DNA of 64,000 nucleotides. Source: Lama glama. Its lineage: Eukaryota. Both the position numbers and the translations under genes were made by a program. The notes under the pieces are model-generated. The model saw only the letters and a list, made by a program, of their open reading frames with translations, did not search any database and had not been told where the DNA came from. The stretch lies in assembly GCA_028534125.1 (NCBI GenBank), contig CM052817.1, forward strand, positions 57,414,001 through 57,478,000. Reading direction: 5' to 3'. Each line of letters begins with the position of its first letter. The first letter of the stretch is position 1. Of the stretch, positions 55,615 to 64,000 are shown in pieces.

Positions 55615-57519
55615 CTAGAAAAATAAAACATCGTTAGAATATGAGGACACAGAGATCAAGGCACATATAAACATCACAACAACCACTTTATATACATATT
55701 CCTTGTATGTATTTCAAAAAAAGCATGTATCTCATACTCTAAGAAATGTACTGTGGCTGCTTTTCAAAACCACTAGAATAGGTTCACTCATTTGATGGAC
55801 AAGCTGGTCATTTAGACCTGGGAGAACTTCCATTCTCTATTTTCTGTCTGCCAAGATTCTCTAGAATTTCCAAAACTGCACTTGGAAATGATCTTTTCCT
55901 GTAAAAGAATATGAACACAGACCTCTCACCTTTTCCCCTGACCAAAAAATTTAAAATTTTTGAAGAAAGAAATAGATGAAGGGAAAATAAAGAGAGAATA
56001 TGGATGGACAAATGTAGAAAAAAGCTAAGCACAGAATGAAAAATAAATATTAACTCAGAGCTGCTCTGTGAGGTATCTCCATATACAAATAATGTTTCAA
56101 AACAGCCTCTCTCAAGCTTCTCTTTCAGTCTGTCTCTCTTTAATTGTAACACATACAGAAACGAAGTAGAAGTTACTGGTCTACAATGCCATACAATTAC
56201 CTCGTTTCCCAGTTTTAATAAAATTTCTTTCCTTCAATATCAAACTCTACCTTCTCTTGGCCTCATAACCCAACATTATCATGATCCATCTAATAACAGT
56301 TTCTGTTGTGTTCTTCCTCCTACTTCAGGCCTCCTTCCTTAGAAACCTTACCCCATCTCACAGGTATTCAGTAACAACTTTACATAAATGATACACAAAT
56401 CTTCACCTTGATCTTCTTCCTGTACCCACAACCCTCATATCTCCAACTGCCATTTGGTTGTTTCAACTTAGATTTCAATTATTTCATGCAGTCTATTATT
56501 TGTTTCATCATAGATCTTTTTCAAAGTAAGCAAAACATTAAAAAGGAATGCCCCACCAAAACAACTTCTGTCTAAAAATGAACTCACCAGGTTCTTTGTA
56601 AAAATCAATTCTTGGAAGCTTTCTATTTTATCCAGAATGTCAGGATAGAACCATAGAATCTTACTTGACTCATCCTTGTATTATATCAAATTTATCACTA
56701 AATCTAGGTAACTTTCCTTTCTCTGCCTCTAATTAATTCATTTTACCAACAGCTGCCATGATAATCTCTCTAATACACTGTGTTACTATACTTACCCTCC
56801 ATAATCCAGGACAATGCTTCTAAACAAAGAATGCACATCACAGTCACCCAAAGAGCTTTTGCAAACACTTGTACTTGAGCCTCATTCCACCATCACTTTC
56901 AAGTAAAAACCACTTTAATTCTTTAAACACCTATTCTACAAGTGATTGTAACTTCAGGCACTTAAACCTCTCTAATGTTCAAGTTCTTCTCCTTTATAAA
57001 ACTTATTAAAGTGGTATTAGACTATACAGAACTATTTGTAAGAGCACAAGACTAGAAACTTAAATGTCCATCAAAAGGGAAATGGCTCAATAAATTATGC
57101 TACACCTATTTATGGAATATCACAGCTCAAAACCAATGATCAACTGCTGATCCAAACATGTTTTTAAAGGATACCAGCAAAGTTCAAACAGTGTGTATGA
57201 TATGTTCCCATTTGTATTTTTTGCATTAAGACTATTTCTGGATAGATTCATGAGAAATTAGCAAAAGCAGCTGCCTCAAGTAAAGAAATATGGGGTGAGG
57301 GGTCAAAGGAAGACTACTTTTTATAGTGCACCCATTTTTGTACTTTTCTGAACTATTTTAAAGTGCACGTATGACTTTAAAAGTGTACATGAAATTAAAT
57401 AGTTAATCACAGCTAATTTTCAATAGTTATAAAGATTAAATCAAGCAATCTGAGTTACATAATTGGCACACAGCAAATAGTCAAGAAATGTTAGCTATTA
57501 TTATAAGTGACATGCCTAT

Positions 57520-57972
57520 GTTACCTGGCTTCTAAGATGGTGCCCAATGATCCCTGCCTACAATCAATGCCTCGTGTAGTCCCTTCTCTTGAGTATCAAC
57601 TAGATGTACTAACTTGCATCTAACAAAAAGAACATGGCAAAAATGATAGGATATTGCTTCTAAGATTAAGGTATAAGAGATGGTGATTTCCATCTTGCTT
57701 GTATGCTTCACAGCTCTGTTCAATTACTCTGACGAAGTGAGCTGCCATGTTGTCAGCTGTTGTACAGAGGAGAGCCGAGAGGCAAGGAACTGAATTCTGC
57801 CCAACAACCATGCAAAGGAGCCTTAAGATAATGGCTGCAGCCCAGACAAATACCTTGACTGCAGCCCTGTAAGAGATGCTTGGCCAGAGGACCCAGCTAA
57901 GCTACACCCAGAAACAGATGATAAATGAATGTTGCTACTGGAGTAATTTGTTACAACTAGTAAATAATAAGA
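57520..57972 (+). mobile_element. MaLR (MLT1-like) solo LTR
   Basis: ctaagatggtgcccaatgatcc...ccaacaaccatg...gaggacccagctaagc...gagtaatttgttacaac. Confidence 0.75.
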
Positions 57973-58050
57973 TGTCTACCCTATAACACTGATAATATGC
58001 TCCAGAAAAACTTTTTGACTAAGTATGCAGTCTGATAACTTACAAAACTA

Positions 58051-58254
<204 letters not shown>

Positions 58255-58584
58255 CTATATGGACAATAAACGTTACAGCCATAAAATCCTGAAGGTCTTT
58301 GAAGTAAAAAGAACAGTGAAAGCTGCATCTTAATTTAATCTCATCATACAACCTCAATGAAACATCAATTCTTGACGTTTACAAACTCCATTTTGCAAAA
58401 ATGCTTCACAGAAACATCTAAGTTCAAACAACTGATCACATAAATTTCCAGTGCGTATATCATACACAGCTAAATAAAGTTACGGTTTAGTAGAAATTCA
58501 ATAGAAAAGTTTACCTTTTAATTTCAACTTTCACAATTTAAATCTTAATGATTATTTTGTAATTTTTTAAAAATAATGCTATCA

Positions 58585-58872
<288 letters not shown>

Positions 58873-58937
58873 TTATCTTCAGAATTGTATTTTCCAGAAT
58901 TTTTCCAGAATTGCTGGAAAAAAAAAAATTTTTCTTA

Positions 58938-59051
<114 letters not shown>

Positions 59052-59974
59052 CTAAAATAAAACCAAAAACCATGAAAAGGGTAAATAATTTTTTCCATAA
59101 AAGATCTGATTCCATTTTAATTGACATCAACATTTTGAGTAGAAACAGATCTAGAAAATGCCAAAATTAATCACTTTACTAAAATGAGGACTCTCCAAAG
59201 TTAACATCCATATTCCAAAGATGTCAAGTTTTATACTTCATCATTTTCTTAAGATGGAAGACAAAAAGAAACTGAGCATATCACAACTAAATAAAGACTA
59301 AGCACATATCATATGCTCTGAGTTCATATCAAATAATTGAAATGGATTTAAATATAGCCATTTCATGTGACCTCTCCTTAGTTCTGGTCAGGTATACAAA
59401 GTCACCAGAAAATAAAAAAAATACACATTCAAACAATTAGAAACATGCTCTCAACTATTCAACAGAACATAGAAAAAGTAAACCTAGCTCTCCAATTAAA
59501 CATACAGAAAATACTAATTACTATTCTACATAAAGATATGAGAATTTCTAACCTTGGCTGACTCAGCCCACCTTAAAAAAACAAAAAGAGGAAAAAAGAA
59601 AAGTTTATTAAATATCTATTTGCTACCCAATAAAACTAAATCCATGAGAACTTTCCACAGCTAAATGGATAGCGGATCCCTCTCAAATCAAATCTCAGTA
59701 AAGAAAAAGATGGAACGAAGCTGACCACTAAAGGAAAACTCCTGATACCCAAGCTTCCCAAACTGGAGTGAGTAAAAAGCAAAGAGAACTCATGGTGATA
59801 ATGAACCAAAAGGAATTCAGTCATCCAACTTCTCATTTCCACCATCACCCTAGTTATTATTATTATCTGAAACTTACTGAAAATTATTTCAAGATTTTTA
59901 TCTGCCTCCAGCCTCTTCCCACTCCAAAGAAACATCACTTCCAAAGCAACATTTTTAAAACAATTCTTCATGGA

Positions 59975-61860
59975 TTTTCCAGTCAAGATGGCAGAGTGGC
60001 AGGACCATGAGCTCGCCTCTCCTCACAACTACAATGAAACCACAACTGAATGATAAACAATCATCAAAAAAAAGACTGGAACCTAGCAAAAAAGATCTTT
60101 TGCAACTGGAAACATAAAGACGGAAGCACAACAGGATGGTAGGGGGGCATGTTCGCGGTATAACTGGGCCCCATACACCCGGGTGGGCGACCCACAAGCT
60201 GAAGAACAGTTAAGTCGCAGAGGCCCTCCCACGGGAGTGAGAGCTCTAAGCCCCACGTCAGGCTCCCTAGCTCAGGTTCTAGCATTGGGAAGAGGAGACC
60301 CCAGGACATCTGCTTCTGAAGGCCAGCGGGGCACAGTTTCAGGAGCCCCATGCAGCTAGGGGAAAGAGACTACATTCGCTTGGGAAGCATACATGCAAAC
60401 TCTCGTGCACCAGGTCCAAGGGCAGAGGCAGTGATTTCATTGAAACCTGGGCCAGGCCTGCCTGCTGGATTTGGAGGGTCTCCTGGAGACGTGGGGGAAG
60501 GCTGCGGCTCACCCAGGGGACATAAAAGCTCGTGGCGGACATTTCTGGGAGTGTTCATCTATAGGAGTTTCCTGGAGGCTGCCATCCTGATTGAATCATT
60601 AGCACCAAGACCAAGCCCCACCCAACAGCCTGTAGGGAAGCCTCAGGCCAAACAACAGAAGGGTGGGAACACAGCCCCACCCATCAGCAGACCTCCTAAG
60701 CCACAAAGGCCTCTAGACACAGCCCTCCTACCCACCAGAGGTCCAGGACCAGGTTTCACCCAGCAGTGGGCAGGCACTGGCTCCTCCTGCCAGGAAACCT
60801 GCATAAGCCTCTAGACCAGCCTCATCCACCAGGGGCAGATAACTAGAAATAAGAAAACAACAATCCCAAAGCCTGTGGAAGGAATCCACAAAAACATAGA
60901 GAGATAGACAATATAAGGAGGCAAAGAAGTATCTCCCAGGCCAAGGCACAAGATAAAATCCCAGAAGAAATAAGTGATGAGGACATAGGCAATTTATCTG
61001 AGAAAGAGTTTGAAGTACTGATGGCCAAGATGTTCAGAGAACTCAAGAGGAATATAGATGCACAGAGTGAAGTTTTTAGCAAAGAGGTGGAAAATATAAA
61101 GAATACCCAAACAGTTGAAGGAAAAATCACTGAAATGAATAACACACTAGAAGGAACCAAGAATAGACTAAATGATTAGGCAAAAGAACGGATCAGTGAG
61201 CCAGAAGACAGATTAGTAGAAATCACTACTGCAGAACAGAAAAAAGAAAAAAGAATGAAAAGACATGAGGATAGTTTAAGAGAACTCTGGGAAAACATGA
61301 AATGCATTAATATTTGCATTATAGAGGTCCCAGAAAGAGAAGGGAAAGAGAAAAGACCTGAGGAAATTTTTGGAGAGATAATCACTGAAAACTTGCCCAA
61401 CTTGGGAAAGGAAATAGTCACCCAAGTCCTGGAAGCACAGAGAGTACCACACAGGATCAACCCAAAGAGGAACACACCAAGGCACATAGTCATCAAATTG
61501 ACAACAATTAAGGATGAGGAGAAAATATTAAAATTAGCAAGAGAAAAGCAACACATAACATACAAAGGAACTCCCATAAGGTTATCAGCTGATTTTTCAG
61601 CAGAAACTTTACAGGCCAGAAGGGAGTGGCATGATATATTTAAAGTGATGCAAGGGGGAAACTTACAACCAAGAATACTCTATCCAGCAAGGCTCTCTCA
61701 GACTTGATGGAGAAATCAAAAGCTTCACAGATAAACAGAAGCTAAAAGATTTCAGCACCACCAAACCAGCTTTACAACAAGTGTTAAAGGAACTTCTCTA
61801 GCCATAAGAAAAGAGAACAGAAAGAAGAAAGAAAAAAAAAAAAAAGAAAAAGACTTACAA
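59975..61860 (+). mobile_element. L1 5' UTR plus disrupted ORF1
   Basis: caagatggc start, GC-rich UTR; ORF1 about 60913-61801 (start ATA, in-frame TAG 61177-61179, frameshift near 61700); YKGTPIRLSADFSAETLQARREW motif. Confidence 0.92.
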
Positions 61861-62372
61861 AAGATTGTTTTGGCTGTTCGGAGTCTTTTGTAGTTCCTAA
61901 TAAATTCTGGAATTGTTTGTTCTGGTTCTGTGAGGACTGTCCTGAGTATTTTGATGGGGGTTGCATTGGATCTGTGGCTTGCTTTGGGTAGTGTGGCCAT
62001 TTTGATACTGTTGATTATTCCAACCCAAAAGCACAAGAAATCTTTCCATTTCTTTGTGTCATTTCAGTTTTCAGAGTACAAGTTAACCTCCTTGGCTAAG
62101 TTTATTTCTAAGTATTTTGATGTTTTTGATGTAATAGAGATGTTTATGCTGGTTACAAAATTCTGGTTTTTGAAGTTAGAAAAAAAAAGGAAATGAAGGG
62201 CTGTAAAAAGGCAAAATATCCTTTCTTATGGATGAATTGTATTCCATTATATATATATATGCTGCACCTTCATTATCTACTCAACTACTGATGTGCACTT
62301 AGGATGCTTCCATATCTTGGCAATTATAAATAATGTTGCTGTTAACAGCAGGGTGTATGTATCTTTTTGAAT
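61861..62372 (-). mobile_element. Inverted L1 ORF2 fragments (about 61861-62135 and 62216-62372)
   Basis: - strand WVGIINSIKMATLPKA...NATPIKI, and a separate ORF2 C-terminal piece (aaagatacatacacccc...). Confidence 0.8.
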
Positions 62373-62499
62373 TAACTCTTACTTTGTGGTTGACTTTATT
62401 CCTTTGATAACTATGTCAGTTTAAAAAGCTAAAGCCATAAACGTTCTTAGAAACAATGAACAGTACATATACATAAATTTAAAAATACATGTGCAGTTA

Positions 62500-63080
62500 A
62501 AAAAAAAAAGAAATGGGCTATCAAGACATTGAAAGACATGTAAGAAACTTAAAAGACATATTACTAAATGAAAGAAGCCAGTCTAAAAAGGCTACAAACT
62601 ATGATTCCAATCAAATGACACTCTGGAAAAGGCACAACTACAGAAACAATAAAGAGAATCATGGTTTCCAGGGGTTTGGGGAGAGGGAGGGAGGGAGGAA
62701 TGAACAGATGGAGCACAAGGGATTTTTAGGGCAATGAAATTATTCTGTATGATACTATAGTGGTGGCTACATATCATTATGCATTTGTCAAAGAGTAGAA
62801 TGTACAGCATCAAGAGTGAATCCTAATATAAACTATGGACTTTTGTTGATAATAATGTGTCCACGTTGATTGTACCAAATATGCCACACTGATAAAGGAT
62901 GTTGAGGGTAGGGGAGTATATCTGTTCAGGTGGGGAGGGCTCTGTGCAAACTCTGTATTTTCTGCTCAATTCTGCTATGAACCTGAAGCTGCTCTAAAAA
63001 AATAAAGTCTATTAGTATAAATAAATAAGTAAGTAAGTAAGTATAAAATAAAATAAGATAAAATAAAATAAAAAACAAAA
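62500..63080 (+). mobile_element. Old L1M 3' UTR with (TAAG)/(TAAAA) tail
   Basis: atattactaaatgaaagaagccagtct...aagagtgaatcctaatataaactatggact...gctctaaaaaaataaagtctatt. Confidence 0.8.
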
Positions 63081-64000
63081 TATTTTATGTACTTCTTTGA
63101 CAATCTTTCCACAATTCTTCATGACATCCAAAAATCCAAAGCATATGACAATCTGCTTCCACCTTATCTTCCACTAACACTCATTAAGAACAGATCAAAC
63201 CAAAAAACAATACATTGGCTACTGTGGTTCCCATTCCATCCCCAAGCCAAACACACCAAGTATTTTTTGCTGAAATGATTATTTTTTCTCTAGTAAAACA
63301 AACGCCCTTCACAGTCAGCTTAAGTCCCTCCCATCTCTTCCACTAAGCTCTAAAATCCCAGCTTGAGAAATCTTTCCCTCCAATAGTACTTATTCTAGTA
63401 CTCTGAATATGACTGTTACATCATCTCCCTTGTTTTGCAAAGATCGTGAAGTGAAGATGCCATAAGTATAAAAAAGGAATTTCATGCCCATTTTTCCAAA
63501 ACAGTGCCAAAAGATCCAATTATTTTTGTCCTTAACAGCAAAGGTCTGTGCAGCACCTCCAACCAGAATAAGAATAATACAACAGCTCTTATAAGCTCAG
63601 CTACACAAAAGAGGGACTGAACTGGCTAGAAGTAACAACCTCTCCCTCTGTCTAACTCTACTTGTGGGGCTCTCCCTGCCCTACTTTGTCAGTTTTTCCT
63701 GTCTCTCAAGGCCCATCATACTGAGGCATACTGTCTCTCTACCTCTCAAAAACTAGGGTCAGCCTTTATTTTGGACTACATACTTTTTTACAATCACTCA
63801 TATAAAACTAGATTCTAAAATTATACACTTACCATAATTTTAACAACACTAAAAACATGCATATGTGAAAACAAAGACTACAATGAACTTACAAAAATTA
63901 AAATAGCTGATATGTTTGGTTTATTCTCCCTTATTATCTCTTATATTGATATAATAATGTAGTTCATGCAACAAATAATAAAGTGAAAAAATCCTTCACA

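Noticed and set aside
61255..61707. 150-aa ORF as an active L1 ORF1 or domesticated gene
   Set aside because: It is a fragment between an upstream in-frame stop and a downstream frameshift; the start codon is mutated

Overview
Mammalian genomic DNA, probably camelid (inferred from tRNA-Ala-derived Vic-1-like SINEs and cetartiodactyl-type L1). It holds two convergent, tail-to-tail genes. On the + strand is IGFBP7: the 3' part of the large intron 1 (1-19549), exons 2-5 and the 3' UTR to about 29090. On the - strand is POLR2B (RNA polymerase II subunit RPB2): exons 4-23 are resolved with GT-AG boundaries and a continuous frame, exons 1-3 lie beyond the right edge, and the last two coding exons are missing, almost certainly inside the 500-N gap at 29159-29658. 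The rest is intronic, with L1, L2, MIR, MaLR LTR, hAT DNA transposon and SINE relics. A second 500-N gap carries an exact 199-bp false duplication of part of a POLR2B exon. I see no convincing novel system. The best leads are the overlapping IGFBP7/POLR2B 3' ends, an intron-4 stop/polyA short isoform of IGFBP7, an inverted L1 pair around IGFBP7 exon 2, a tiny polyadenylated LTR-like retrocopy and a rearranged 5'-intact L1. Exon numbers follow the human genes as I recall them. Repeat family names are by-eye recognition, and their boundaries are approximate.
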